Shown in pieces: positions 11,327 to 21,290 of a stretch of 55,609 nt of DNA. Source of the stretch: Lachnospiraceae bacterium (lineage in GTDB: Bacteria > Bacillota > Clostridia > Lachnospirales > Lachnospiraceae); contig JAFUUX010000107.1 in the NCBI GenBank assembly GCA_017471325.1, positions 1 to 55,609 of the forward strand, written 5' to 3'. The notes under the pieces are model-generated. The model searched no databases, was not told where the DNA came from, and worked only from the letters and a program-made list of their open reading frames with translations. How positions within the stretch are numbered: position 1 is the first letter of the stretch; each line of letters begins with the position of its first letter. The translations under genes were made by a program, and so were the position numbers.

Positions 11327-12184
11327 TCAATTGATATCAAAATAATCGATCCCGCTCATATCCACTACGTCAAAGTGCATGAGCGTACTGATCGGTTGAA
11401 GATCAAAATCCATTTCTTTTGCTACATGTTTTTTTGGTACCGGAAGCGGATTCCTGATCGGTGCGGCCGCCTCTTTTTTTACATCCCGGGCCGTCGGCAC
11501 AACTGCTGGCTTCGGCGGTTCACTCACCGGCATTTCAACGGGATTCCGTACCTCGGCATCTGCCCGTGTAAAACTGTCTGTTTTTTTCAGTTCTGCGGCC
11601 TGTATCACCGCAGTTTTTTGTTCCGGGGGTGCTGCGGGCTGCTGTGCAGTCCCCCCCGCGGAATGAAGACCTGTTTTTGAAGTCCCTGGCATATACGGCG
11701 TCGGCGGAATATTACTTGCCGCAACAGGACTTAATGTTGTGGAAGTTCCCCCGGACTTCACCACAGCAGTCCGATAATCCATCCGCCGGCCCCACTGTTT
11801 TGCATTCGATGTCGGAACTGGTGCATCGTCCTTTGCCTGATCGCTTTCTTTTTTTTCTGTGTTCCTGCCATTTCCGGGATGCCGGATGCCCTCCGGCGGC
11901 TGGATAGCCGGTGCGACCGGATTTGCTGCAATGCCCGTACCTTTTTTTTCTATAACTTTTTTATGATCATCCTGAAGATCATTTTGTGTTTCGGTTTTGT
12001 TTTGCAACGGCTGCGGAATATGTTCCCCGACCATAGAAACCGGTGATTTCCCAGCCTCTTTTTTCGGCTGATTTAAAAATTCCAAAGAGGCCTCCAGAAC
12101 TTTTATTTTTTCCGCTTCCTTTTCTGCATCACTCTGTGCAGGCTGCAAAGAAATCTCTATTTCCTTCTTTTTGAAAAAGCCCAT
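11327..12184 (-). CDS. Hypothetical Pro/Ala/Lys-rich, probably disordered protein with acidic-aromatic C-terminus
   Basis: 285 aa ORF filling the gap between neighbours, RBS AGAGGA, ending ...MDFDLQPISTLMHFDVVDMSGIDYFDIN. Confidence 0.7.
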   Translation of the reverse strand: MGFFKKKEIEISLQPAQSDAEKEAEKIKVLEASLEFLNQPKKEAGKSPVSMVGEHIPQPLQNKTETQNDLQDDHKKVIEKKGTGIAANPVAPAIQPPEGIRHPGNGRNTEKKESDQAKDDAPVPTSNAKQWGRRMDYRTAVVKSGGTSTTLSPVAASNIPPTPYMPGTSKTGLHSAGGTAQQPAAPPEQKTAVIQAAELKKTDSFTRADAEVRNPVEMPVSEPPKPAVVPTARDVKKEAAAPIRNPLPVPKKHVAKEMDFDLQPISTLMHFDVVDMSGIDYFDIN

Positions 12185-12231
12185 TTTATATTCCTCTAAA
12201 TCAAGCCGGTTTTGTCAAAAGCTGATGATCC

Positions 12232-13188
12232 TTATTCCGTATCCGACTGTAGCACCGTTTCAATATGATACAACGGCCTGTGCTTTACCTCATTATAGAT
12301 CTTGCCGATATACTCCCCGATCACACCGATCGCGAGCAACTGTACACCGCCCAAAAACCAGATGGAAAGGATAATGGACGTCCAGCCATGCTCCACGCTG
12401 CCGCTCAAATAGGAAACAAAAGCGTAAACGGCCGCGCATAAACAGATCAGCAATACAAACAATCCCACCTGAAACACCAGACGTATCGGCTGTACGGAAA
12501 AGGAAGTAATACCGTTCATCGCCAATGCCAGCATCTTCTTAAAAGGATACTTGGATTCCCCGGCCAGCCGTTCCTTACGTTCATAAAAAACTTCACCGGT
12601 CTTTAAACCGAGTAACGGGATCAGACCGCGCAGATACAGATTTGTCTCATGGTACTGCGCCAGTTCCGCCAATGCCTTGGATGACATCAGCCTGAAATCC
12701 GCATGATTGTAAACCGTCTTTACCCCCAGGGCTGCCAGGAATTTGTAAAAGCCCTGCGCCGTGGTCCGTTTGAAGAAGGAATCCGATTTGCGGCTGCCAC
12801 GGATACCGTAAACGATCTCGCAGCCATTGTGGTATGCATCCACCATGTCCTCGATCACGGACACATCATCCTGCAGATCCGCATCGATCGACACGGTCAT
12901 ATCCGCATTCTCCCGCACTGTCATAAGACCAGCGATCAGCGCGGACTGATGCCCGCAGTTTTTCGCCAGTTTTACGGCGCATACCCGGGCATCTTTCCTG
13001 TGCGCTTCTTCCAGCAGTTCCCAGGTTCGATCCCGGCTGCCATCGTTTACAAATAAAAGATAACTGTCCCGGTCAATTTTCTGCTTGCCCGCCAGATCTT
13101 CCAAGACCTTCAGAAGTTCCGGTATGGAAATGGGCAATACCTCTTCCTCATTATAACAGGGTACTACGATCGCTAATCTGTCGCTCAT
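12232..13188 (-). CDS. Glycosyltransferase family 2 (GtrB/CsbB-like polyprenol-phosphate glycosyltransferase)
   Basis: Motifs IVVPCYNEEE, VNDGSRD, IDADLQD and DFRLMS; two C-terminal TM helices; GEYIGKIY..RPLY. Confidence 0.93.
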   Translation of the reverse strand: MSDRLAIVVPCYNEEEVLPISIPELLKVLEDLAGKQKIDRDSYLLFVNDGSRDRTWELLEEAHRKDARVCAVKLAKNCGHQSALIAGLMTVRENADMTVSIDADLQDDVSVIEDMVDAYHNGCEIVYGIRGSRKSDSFFKRTTAQGFYKFLAALGVKTVYNHADFRLMSSKALAELAQYHETNLYLRGLIPLLGLKTGEVFYERKERLAGESKYPFKKMLALAMNGITSFSVQPIRLVFQVGLFVLLICLCAAVYAFVSYLSGSVEHGWTSIILSIWFLGGVQLLAIGVIGEYIGKIYNEVKHRPLYHIETVLQSDTE

Positions 13189-13191
13189 AAA

Positions 13192-13920
13192 TCATTCATC
13201 CCAGTTTGTATAAACATTTTGTACATCATCGTCCTCATCCAGCAGATCAAGGATCCTGGTCAGACATTTGATCGCCTCTTCGTCTTTGAGTTCCACATAA
13301 TTCTGCGGCAGACGTGTCACTTCCGCACTCACCATGGCGATGCCTTCCGCCTCTAAGGCTTTCTGTACCGTTTCCAGATCATCCGGTGCTGTCAGGATCT
13401 CAAAAGAATCCTCTTCCTCGGAAAAGTCCTCCGCCCCGGCATCCAGCGCTTTTTCCATCATGCTGTCGCCATCCAGTTCACACTCCTCACGGTCAATGAT
13501 GATCTGGCCTTTGGTATCAAACATGAACGAAACGCAGCCCTGCGTGCCGATACTGCCGCCGCCTTTGGTAAAGGCGCTGCGCACATTTGCCGCCGTCCGG
13601 TTTTTATTGTCGGTCAGCGCTTCCACGATGATCGCAGTCCCCCCGGGACCATAGCCCTCATAGGTGACATGTTCATAATTTACGCTGCCCAGATCACCCG
13701 AAGCCTTCTTAATGCCGCGGTCGATGGTGTCATTTGGCATATTGGCTGCCTTGGCCTTGGCAATGACCGTTGCCAGGCGGTAATTGTTTGCCGGATCCGG
13801 CCCGCCTTCTTTTACTGCCACTGCGATTTCACGCCCCAGGATCGTAAACACCTTTCCCTTGGCTGCGTCATTTTTTTCCTTCTTATGCTTGATGTTTGCA
13901 AATTTTGAATGTCCGGACAT
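13192..13920 (-). CDS. yebC: YebC/PmpR family protein
   Basis: Motifs MSGHSKFANIKHKK, YEGYGPGG, TDNKNRT and DDDVQNVY. Confidence 0.96.
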   Translation of the reverse strand: MSGHSKFANIKHKKEKNDAAKGKVFTILGREIAVAVKEGGPDPANNYRLATVIAKAKAANMPNDTIDRGIKKASGDLGSVNYEHVTYEGYGPGGTAIIVEALTDNKNRTAANVRSAFTKGGGSIGTQGCVSFMFDTKGQIIIDREECELDGDSMMEKALDAGAEDFSEEEDSFEILTAPDDLETVQKALEAEGIAMVSAEVTRLPQNYVELKDEEAIKCLTRILDLLDEDDDVQNVYTNWDE

Positions 13921-13980
13921 ATAGTTTCTCCTTAAATAATTTATTTCTGCTCATATCCCGTAAAGCACATAACTTTATAA

Positions 13981-14009
13981 ATGATACCATATCTTGTGGA
14001 AAAAGGCAA
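13981..14009 (-). promoter_or_regulatory. Putative sigma-A promoter for yebC
   Basis: Minus strand TTGCCT-17 nt-TATCAT with an extended TG. Confidence 0.55.
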
Positions 14010-14015
14010 GTTATG

Positions 14016-14894
14016 TTAATTGTCATCACCAGATTTTTTCTCAGCCGTATGCTTCACTACAGAGATCGATGTGATCATTTTATCTTTGACATCCTCTACC
14101 TTGAAATGATAGCCGCCGATATCCGTTTCAAAATGATCCCCCTCCTCGGGAATGTGCTCCATCATGGCGATCAGGTATCCGTTGATGGTCTCAAATTCCG
14201 TTTCCCCAAAATCGATATCCAGGCGCTCACGCAGATCTTCCAGTTTTGTCAGACCCTCGATCAGATAGGTTTCTCCGCCCTCACTGGCTACGATACGGTC
14301 GTTTTCCTCATCATATTCATCCCGGATATTGCCGACGATCTCCTCCAGGATATCCTCCATGGCCACCAGTCCGGAGGTCTGTCCGTATTCATCCACCACA
14401 ATGACCATCTGCGTATTGCCGGACTGCATCTGCTTAAACAGCGCATTGACCGTCTTGGTCTCCGGGACAAATACCGCTTCCCGCAGGGAACCGCCCAGTT
14501 CCGCAAGCGTAGGATTCTGTTTGGGTGCCTCATCCCGCAGGCGCACCGCATCCTTTAAGTGCAGGATGCCGATGATGTGGTCTAAATCATCATGATATAC
14601 CGGATATCTTGAAAAATTATTATTTAAGATCTCTCTGACCGCATCTTTGAGTTTCATCTCATCGTCAAAAGCCACGATATGCCCGCGGTTGGTCATGATA
14701 TCGCCGGCTTCTTTATCCGAGAGTTCAAAGATATTGGCGATCATTTCCGCTTCCTGCGGCTCTATGGTCCCGTTTTCCTGTCCCTCATTTACGATGGCAA
14801 TGATCTCCTGTTCCGCGGCGCCATCCTCCGATGATTGTCTTTTTTTCTTAAACAGGCGTTCCAGAAAATTGTCCCTGCCGTTTTCTTCATCCAT
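14016..14894 (-). CDS. CBS-pair + CorC/HlyC domain protein (hemolysin/CorC family, no N-terminal TM domain)
   Basis: Motifs FSRYPVY and VVDEYGQTSGLVAMEDILEEIVGNIRDEYD, plus a C-terminal CorC domain. Start uncertain (14894 or up to 14942). Confidence 0.88.
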   Translation of the reverse strand: MDEENGRDNFLERLFKKKRQSSEDGAAEQEIIAIVNEGQENGTIEPQEAEMIANIFELSDKEAGDIMTNRGHIVAFDDEMKLKDAVREILNNNFSRYPVYHDDLDHIIGILHLKDAVRLRDEAPKQNPTLAELGGSLREAVFVPETKTVNALFKQMQSGNTQMVIVVDEYGQTSGLVAMEDILEEIVGNIRDEYDEENDRIVASEGGETYLIEGLTKLEDLRERLDIDFGETEFETINGYLIAMMEHIPEEGDHFETDIGGYHFKVEDVKDKMITSISVVKHTAEKKSGDDN

Positions 14895-14973
14895 CTTTTT
14901 TACCGTTCCCCCTCCGCTGTTTCTATTGTACATTTTGTACATTTTCCGTGCTTGCGCTTTTTATACATTTCAC

Positions 14974-16125
14974 CTATTCCGCATTCTCATCGTTGCGGAT
15001 ATAATTCCTGGGCACGCGCTTTCCGATATCACATACGGCCTCGTAATTGATCCGTCCGGATAACGCGGCAAAATCATCCATGGTGATCATCTCATCACCG
15101 TCCCTGCCGACCAGTGTCACGGTATCCCCTACCGCGACTTCTGTTTTTGCATCCGTTACATCGATCATCATCTGGTCCATGCATACACGCCCTACCACGG
15201 GAAAACGCTGTCCGCGGATCAATACCTGGCCTTTGCCGGATAAACAGCGCGGATACCCGTCCGCATATCCCACAGATACCGTCGCGATCCTGCTTTCCCG
15301 TTCCGTCCTAAACGTACCGCCATAACTGATCGGCGTGCCTGCCGGTACGGTTTTTACATAGATCACGCTGCTTTTGATCTCCATGGCCGGCCGCAGCCTG
15401 ATCTGCAGCGGATCCACTTCGTCCGAGGGCAGCAGCCCATAGGTAATGATGCCGGAACGCACCAGATCCAGATGGGTATCCGGAAACTCCATGATCCCTG
15501 CGCTGTTTGCACAATGCTTTAACGGGATATGGATCCCTTCCCTTTCCAGAAGTTCCAGGAAATGCCGGTATTTTGCAAACTGTTCATTTGCTGCTGTCTT
15601 ATCCCTCTCGTCCGCCCTGGCAAAATGCGTAAAGACACCCTCGATCTCTATGCCCGCCAATGTAGAAACCTCTTTGACAAAAGCCAGTCCCGCTTCATCC
15701 GGCGTAATGCCGATCCGGCCCATGCCGGTATCCAGTTTGATATGCACATGGGCTTTTTTATGAAAACGCTTTGCCGTCTCAGACAGCAGTTTTGCGCTTT
15801 CCATATCAAACAGCGTCACCCGAATGCCATACTCCACTGCCAGCGGGATGGTCAGCGGGAAACTGTACCCCAGGATCAGCACCGGCTTTCCGATCCCCTG
15901 TTCTATGATCTCCAGCGCTTCATCGATGGTCGCTACGGCATATCCCCAGATGCTGTCCACGGTAGACAGCTCCTGCGCGATGCGCACCGCCCCGTGTCCA
16001 TATCCGTCCGCTTTGATGACTGCCATGATCTTGGTCCGCTTGGGAAGATGCTTTCTGATCTGCCGGATATTATAACTGATGTTGTCCAGATTCACATTCG
16101 CAAAGACGCGTTCCCGATGTAACAT
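14974..16125 (-). CDS. alr: Alanine racemase
   Basis: AVIKADGYGHG (PLP lysine), HIKLDTGMGRIG, ISYG (catalytic Tyr), GYADGYPR and GRVCMDQ. Confidence 0.97.
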   Translation of the reverse strand: MLHRERVFANVNLDNISYNIRQIRKHLPKRTKIMAVIKADGYGHGAVRIAQELSTVDSIWGYAVATIDEALEIIEQGIGKPVLILGYSFPLTIPLAVEYGIRVTLFDMESAKLLSETAKRFHKKAHVHIKLDTGMGRIGITPDEAGLAFVKEVSTLAGIEIEGVFTHFARADERDKTAANEQFAKYRHFLELLEREGIHIPLKHCANSAGIMEFPDTHLDLVRSGIITYGLLPSDEVDPLQIRLRPAMEIKSSVIYVKTVPAGTPISYGGTFRTERESRIATVSVGYADGYPRCLSGKGQVLIRGQRFPVVGRVCMDQMMIDVTDAKTEVAVGDTVTLVGRDGDEMITMDDFAALSGRINYEAVCDIGKRVPRNYIRNDENAE

Positions 16126-16155
16126 AATGATATCCTCACTGTTTCCTGCATTTTA

Positions 16156-16192
16156 CGTAACTGTTCAGCTCCCCCGGGTTCTGACAGTTACG
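16156..16192. repeat. REP-like intergenic palindrome, copy 1
   Basis: CGTAACTGTTCAGCTCCCCCGGGTTCTGACAGTTACG; related sequences at 35974 and 40729. Confidence 0.6.
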
Positions 16193-16201
16193 CATATTAT
16201 A

Positions 16202-17737
16202 TCATTCTTCTGCCCGAAGGCCCTCCGGATCCAACATGTCCGGTAACTGCTTTACCATGCCGGAGGCTCTGAGTGCCCGTGCAGAGCCGGCACGCTCTGC
16301 AGCCTTCTGTCCGCAGGCCGCGTGCAGAAGCACCGCGCAAAGCGCCGCCGTAACGGCATCTTTGCACACACAGGCCAATGCCGCCGTAATGCCGGCCAGC
16401 ACATCCCCGCTGCCTGCCGTTGCCATGCCGTCATTGCCCAGAGTATTATAATAAACATAAGTACCGTCGCTGACAAGCGTTGTTGCGGATTTTGCAGCCA
16501 ATACCGCGCCGTACTCCACCGCCAGCGCCCGCACACGCTCCGGTGACTGCCATCCACCCTTTTCTTCTTGTGGAAACAGCCGCACGAATTCCCCGGGGTG
16601 CGGCGTCAGGATCGTCGCCTGGCCGCGCTTTTTGCGCTCCCTTAAAAACGCCGTCTGCTCCGCCAGCGCGTTTAAACCATCTGCATCGATCACCATTTTT
16701 TTATCACACTCCGCCATGGCCCGCGTGCGCAAAAATTCCGCCGCCCGTTCCTTTCCCAGCCCGCAGCCGAGCAAAACGGTATCCGCCCAGGCGAGTTCCT
16801 TTGCCAGGCGCGCTTCGTTTGGCTGATCCATCGGCACATACATAGCCTCCGGCAGTTCCTGCATTAACAGGTCCCGGTTGGCTCCCGGCGAAAGCACTTT
16901 GACCATACCGGCACCGGCTTCCAGCGCTGCTTTTGCGCTCAGCAGCATTGCCCCCGGCATCTCTTCCGAGCCGGTGATGCAGAGCACTTTGCCAAAAGTC
17001 CCTTTATGCCCCAGCGGATCCCGCGCAGGCAATAAACGATCCAGATCCGTGCTTTCCGGCAGCAGATCATGTATGTCATGCCCGCCGGGCCTCTGCACGC
17101 CGATCGCGCCGCACTGCACCACGCCGCAATACCGTCTGCCCTCATTTAAGTACATCCCGCGTTTGCGGCAGCCAAAGGTGACCGTCCGGTCTGCCCGGAC
17201 CGCTACCGGCAGCGCCCGTCCGCTGTCTGCATGCAGTCCGCTGGGGATATCCACCGAAATGACCTTACTTTCCGTTTCCGCTCTGTATCGATTGATGCTT
17301 TCCACGAGCGCTGCGACTTCTGCGGATAACTGCCGGTGAAAGCCGATGCCAAAGAGGGCATCCACGATCACATCCGGTTTTTGGGCAAGCGCAGTGTCAA
17401 GGCCGGTTTCATAAACCATGCCCATGCGCTTTAAAATGCCGTCCTGCACCAGCCATGCCTCGCTGGCGTGACTGCTGTTTCCGGCGATGTATACCGAAAC
17501 GGAAAACTCCCTCTTTTCACACAGCATGCGTGCTGCCGCCAGACCATCCGCGCCGTTATTTCCGCGGCCCGCCACGATGAGCACCTTCCGGCTGTACCCG
17601 AAACGGCACATATCACATACCGCCTGCGCCACATAAGAGGCCGCCCGTTCCATCAAAAGCAAAGACGGGATACCCAATGTTTCCATCAGATACCCCTCAT
17701 AAGAACGCATTTCTTCCGCTGTACATAATTCTTTCAT
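16202..17737 (-). CDS. nnr: Bifunctional NAD(P)H-hydrate epimerase/dehydratase (NnrE-NnrD)
   Basis: Epimerase motifs GRGNNGADG, VDALFGIG and DIPSG; dehydratase motifs HKGTFGK, VIDADG, LTPHPGEF and MATAGSGDVLAG. Confidence 0.95.
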   Translation of the reverse strand: MKELCTAEEMRSYEGYLMETLGIPSLLLMERAASYVAQAVCDMCRFGYSRKVLIVAGRGNNGADGLAAARMLCEKREFSVSVYIAGNSSHASEAWLVQDGILKRMGMVYETGLDTALAQKPDVIVDALFGIGFHRQLSAEVAALVESINRYRAETESKVISVDIPSGLHADSGRALPVAVRADRTVTFGCRKRGMYLNEGRRYCGVVQCGAIGVQRPGGHDIHDLLPESTDLDRLLPARDPLGHKGTFGKVLCITGSEEMPGAMLLSAKAALEAGAGMVKVLSPGANRDLLMQELPEAMYVPMDQPNEARLAKELAWADTVLLGCGLGKERAAEFLRTRAMAECDKKMVIDADGLNALAEQTAFLRERKKRGQATILTPHPGEFVRLFPQEEKGGWQSPERVRALAVEYGAVLAAKSATTLVSDGTYVYYNTLGNDGMATAGSGDVLAGITAALACVCKDAVTAALCAVLLHAACGQKAAERAGSARALRASGMVKQLPDMLDPEGLRAEE

Positions 17738-18354
17738 GATTGCCCCTGAGGTTTTACCACGTGTTCTGTTTCCGGGTTGTACTGCATATCAAAGAGATCG
17801 ATCACTTCTGCCCCGAAAATATCATGCATATAGGAATACACCTGCTGGTTTTTCAGTTCGCACTCCTGCTTTCGCACAATGTTCTTTTTCAGTTCGATCC
17901 GGATATTGGCGATCCAGGCAGCGATCTCGTTGATCCGCTCCGTATTTTCCGCCATCATATCATAGCAGATATCCATGGTCTGAAGCATCAGTTCAAAATT
18001 TACGGCATTGATCTCCCTGGGCAGATCCATCAACTCGTCCTGATACTGGTCGATCTGCTCATTCAGCCGGCTGATCTGCGCGGAATACTCCTCCTGCTTT
18101 TTCTTTCCGCCTTCCTCATCCATCACGCTGACGATATCCTCCATCAGTCCGGCTTTCTGTTTACTCATGGCTTTCAGATCCGTATTCAGCTTTCCCTGGC
18201 GTTTCAGCAAAGACTTTAACTGATCCTCCAGCTCCTGCATCTGCGGCGTGTGCTCGATGCCGGCCATCAATTTATACCATTTGTTGTCGAGCGATATGAT
18301 CGGGATTTTTTTCCCCTGTAACGCACTGCGAAAGGCATCATCCGATTTGGCCAT
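17734..18354 (-). CDS. Hypothetical coiled-coil protein
   Basis: ORF with heptad pattern, stop coupled to the nnr start (ATGA). Start 18354, or GTG at 18363. Confidence 0.8.
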   Translation of the reverse strand: MAKSDDAFRSALQGKKIPIISLDNKWYKLMAGIEHTPQMQELEDQLKSLLKRQGKLNTDLKAMSKQKAGLMEDIVSVMDEEGGKKKQEEYSAQISRLNEQIDQYQDELMDLPREINAVNFELMLQTMDICYDMMAENTERINEIAAWIANIRIELKKNIVRKQECELKNQQVYSYMHDIFGAEVIDLFDMQYNPETEHVVKPQGQS

Positions 18355-18378
18355 ACGTTCCACCCCGCTTTCAGCGCT

Positions 18379-19587
18379 TTATAGTGTTTCCAGTGTCTTT
18401 CTGATCTGACGGATAAACTCCTGGCTGTTTAATACCTGCACATCTTTTAAGGAAGTGATCATTGCCAGATCCCTGGTCATCCTGCCGGACTCGATCGTGG
18501 CAATGGTCGCTTTTTCCAGGCGGTCGGCAAAGGCACAGAGTTCGGGGGTGCCGTCCAGTTCCCCGCGCTTGCGCAGCGCACCTGTCCAGGCAAAGATGGT
18601 CGCCACGGAATTGGTCGAGGTCTCTTCTCCGACCAGATGCTTGTAATAATGCCGCTGTACGGTGCCGTGTGCTGCCTCATATTCATATACGCCGGCCGGT
18701 GAAACCAGCACAGAAGTCATCATCGCCAGGGAACCGAACGCAGAACTGACCATATCACTCATCACATCCCCGTCATAATTCTTGCACGCCCAGATAAAGC
18801 CGCCCTTGGCCTTCATCACACGCGCTACGGCATCGTCGATCAGCGTATAAAAATACGTGATGCCTGCTGCTTCAAATTTCTCTTTGTATTCCGCATCAAA
18901 GATTTCCTGAAAGATGTCTTTAAAGTTATGGTCATACTTTTTGGAAATGGTATCTTTCGTAGCAAACCACAGATCCTGCTTCAGATCCAGCGCGTAATTA
19001 AAGCAGGAACGCGCAAAACTTTCAATGGACTTATCCGTATTGTGGATGCCCTGCAGGATGCCGATCCCCTGAAACTCCTGGATCAACTCCTTCTGTACGC
19101 TGCCATCCTCGCCTTCAAATACCAGATAACCTTTTCCGGCGCCCGGTACCTTGATCTCCACATTCTTATAGACATCCCCATAGGCATGCCTTGCCAGTGT
19201 GATCGGCTTTTCCCAGTTGCGCACGCAGGGCTCGATGCCTTTTACGATGATGGGCGTGCGGAATACCGTTCCGTCCAGCGCCGCGCGGATCGTACCGTTC
19301 GGGCTCTTCCACATCTCCTTTAAGTCATATTCTTTGACGCGTGCCGCATTCGGTGTGATGGTCGCGCATTTGACCGCGACACCGTACTTCCTGGTCGCTT
19401 CCGCGGAATCGATGGTCACCTTATCATCCGTTTCATTCCTATGCTTCAGCCCCAGATCATAATACTCTGTCTTTAAGTCGATGTAGGGAAGCAGCAGTTC
19501 CTCCTTGATCATTGCCCAGAGGATGCGCGTCATCTCGTCGCCATCCATCTCCACCAGCGGTGTTTTCATTAAAATTTTCTCAGCCAC
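18379..19587 (-). CDS. icd: NADP-dependent isocitrate dehydrogenase
   Basis: Motifs [35 protein letters not shown] and [14 protein letters not shown] start after AAGGAG. Confidence 0.97.
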   Translation of the reverse strand: MAEKILMKTPLVEMDGDEMTRILWAMIKEELLLPYIDLKTEYYDLGLKHRNETDDKVTIDSAEATRKYGVAVKCATITPNAARVKEYDLKEMWKSPNGTIRAALDGTVFRTPIIVKGIEPCVRNWEKPITLARHAYGDVYKNVEIKVPGAGKGYLVFEGEDGSVQKELIQEFQGIGILQGIHNTDKSIESFARSCFNYALDLKQDLWFATKDTISKKYDHNFKDIFQEIFDAEYKEKFEAAGITYFYTLIDDAVARVMKAKGGFIWACKNYDGDVMSDMVSSAFGSLAMMTSVLVSPAGVYEYEAAHGTVQRHYYKHLVGEETSTNSVATIFAWTGALRKRGELDGTPELCAFADRLEKATIATIESGRMTRDLAMITSLKDVQVLNSQEFIRQIRKTLETL

Positions 19588-19670
19588 GTTTTTTCTCCTT
19601 TTATGAATTACATTTTTTTATCTGACTATGTCCGGTTTAACTGTATATATCTCGGTTACCGTCTCCTGTT

Positions 19671-21254
19671 TTATTCAAATACGCCGTCAGCTACGTGTTT
19701 TACACCTGCCGGCAAAGCCGGTGATGTCTCACTGCCTTTATAGCCGATCAGTACACCGTCTCCCACGATCAAAAAGTCCGAAGCTTTGTCATCTTTTTCC
19801 CAGGCCTGGTACCAAGGCGTAAAACTGAATGCATTGCGTCCGATCTCTGTCACGGTATTTGGGATCGTCACGGCAGAAAGTTTATCACAGTGATAAAACG
19901 CGCCTTCCCCGATGGATTTCAAGCCTCCCGGCAGTTCTGCGCGTGTCAGGGAAGTTCTTGCAAAAGCAAAGTCTCCGATCTGCTCTGTCCGGCTGTCAAA
20001 GGTAAAACTGTCCAGTGTCAGATCCAGATAATGCGCATGATCCGCGATGCTTTTGCCATCATCCGCGGCTGCTGTGGGGGTAGGTGCAGGCGCCGATGTC
20101 GGTACCGTCCGGGATGCATCCACCACGTTGTATCCATCTACGATCACATAAGCACGGTCAGAGACTACCGCAGCATTTCCCAAAGTCACACCATCTGCCG
20201 TTACGCGCAGTCCGTCATGCTGCTGCGGTGATTCCGTACCGGCGGGTACCGTTGACGATCCCGAAGGTACGTCTGCTGTTTCCGCCGTGGTCTGCTGCGC
20301 GGGATCATTTACCGCTGCCGGGGTATCCTGCTGTGTTTCCGCAGATGCGCTTTCTTCGATGCGGATCTGATATACCGGCTCCGTGCCGGCAGGGATCTCA
20401 TGTGCTTCTGCAAATTTCCGTGCCGCCGATGACGGACTGCAGATCAGATGCAGATCCATGGGGCATCCGTCAAATGCGCTTTCGTGAATCTCTTTGACAG
20501 AATCCGGGATCATCACCTGCACCAGATTACCGCAGCCGGAAAACGCTTTTAAGCCGATGCGGTTGGTAGGCACCTGCATCTTTACGCTCATCAGGCCGGT
20601 GCAGTTTGTAAACGCATACTCGGAAATCTCAGTGATTCCCGGTATTGTCACGACTTTCAGATGATCACAGCCCCAGAAACTGTAACTGCCGATCTCTTTT
20701 ACAGACCCCGGCAGCGTATAGGCGCCCGAAGGACTGCCTGCGCAGTACTGATACAGTTTCTCCATGCCTGCCCCATACAGCGCATGTCCGTTGGAAATGA
20801 AATTCTGGTTGCTGCTGCTGAGCTGGATGGTCTCCAAGGCATCACAGTCCCCAAACATACCGTTCCCAAGGATACGCACGCCGGCACCTAACTGTACCGC
20901 AGATAAGGAACTGCAGCCCATAAACGCCGCACTGTCAATCTTCTGTACCGAATCCGGTATCGTGACTGTCTTCAGCGCCGTACAGCCGGAAAATGCATCC
21001 GTACCGATCTCTTCCAGCGCAGACGGCAGTTTCACCTGCTGCAGGCTCTGATTTCCCGAAAAGGCGCCGGAAGCAATCTTTTTCACTCCGCCCGGGATCT
21101 CTACCGATGCATCACTGCCATTGTAGTCGTAGAGCACACCGTCCACAATGTTAAACTCCGATGCGGAGGAGGCCTGCGCCAGATAGATTCCACCGATCAG
21201 CAGCACAAAAGCAACCACTGCGACCGGCAATAGAAACATTTTGGTTTTACTCAT
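19671..21254 (-). CDS. BspA-type leucine-rich repeat (LRR_5) exported protein
   Basis: N-terminal signal or TM segment; many IxxxAFxxCxxLxxVxIP repeats in two blocks separated by a P/T/A-rich linker. Confidence 0.9.
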   Translation of the reverse strand: MSKTKMFLLPVAVVAFVLLIGGIYLAQASSASEFNIVDGVLYDYNGSDASVEIPGGVKKIASGAFSGNQSLQQVKLPSALEEIGTDAFSGCTALKTVTIPDSVQKIDSAAFMGCSSLSAVQLGAGVRILGNGMFGDCDALETIQLSSSNQNFISNGHALYGAGMEKLYQYCAGSPSGAYTLPGSVKEIGSYSFWGCDHLKVVTIPGITEISEYAFTNCTGLMSVKMQVPTNRIGLKAFSGCGNLVQVMIPDSVKEIHESAFDGCPMDLHLICSPSSAARKFAEAHEIPAGTEPVYQIRIEESASAETQQDTPAAVNDPAQQTTAETADVPSGSSTVPAGTESPQQHDGLRVTADGVTLGNAAVVSDRAYVIVDGYNVVDASRTVPTSAPAPTPTAAADDGKSIADHAHYLDLTLDSFTFDSRTEQIGDFAFARTSLTRAELPGGLKSIGEGAFYHCDKLSAVTIPNTVTEIGRNAFSFTPWYQAWEKDDKASDFLIVGDGVLIGYKGSETSPALPAGVKHVADGVFE

Positions 21255-21290
21255 GCAGGCATTCCTCCTTTCACATCCGTTCTGCCCATG

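Noticed and set aside
13967-14016. 9-bp inverted repeat (ACATAACTT/AAGTTATGT) flanking the yebC promoter, as an invertible switch
   Set aside because: Short AT-rich arms and no recombinase nearby; compatible with chance or a simple operator.
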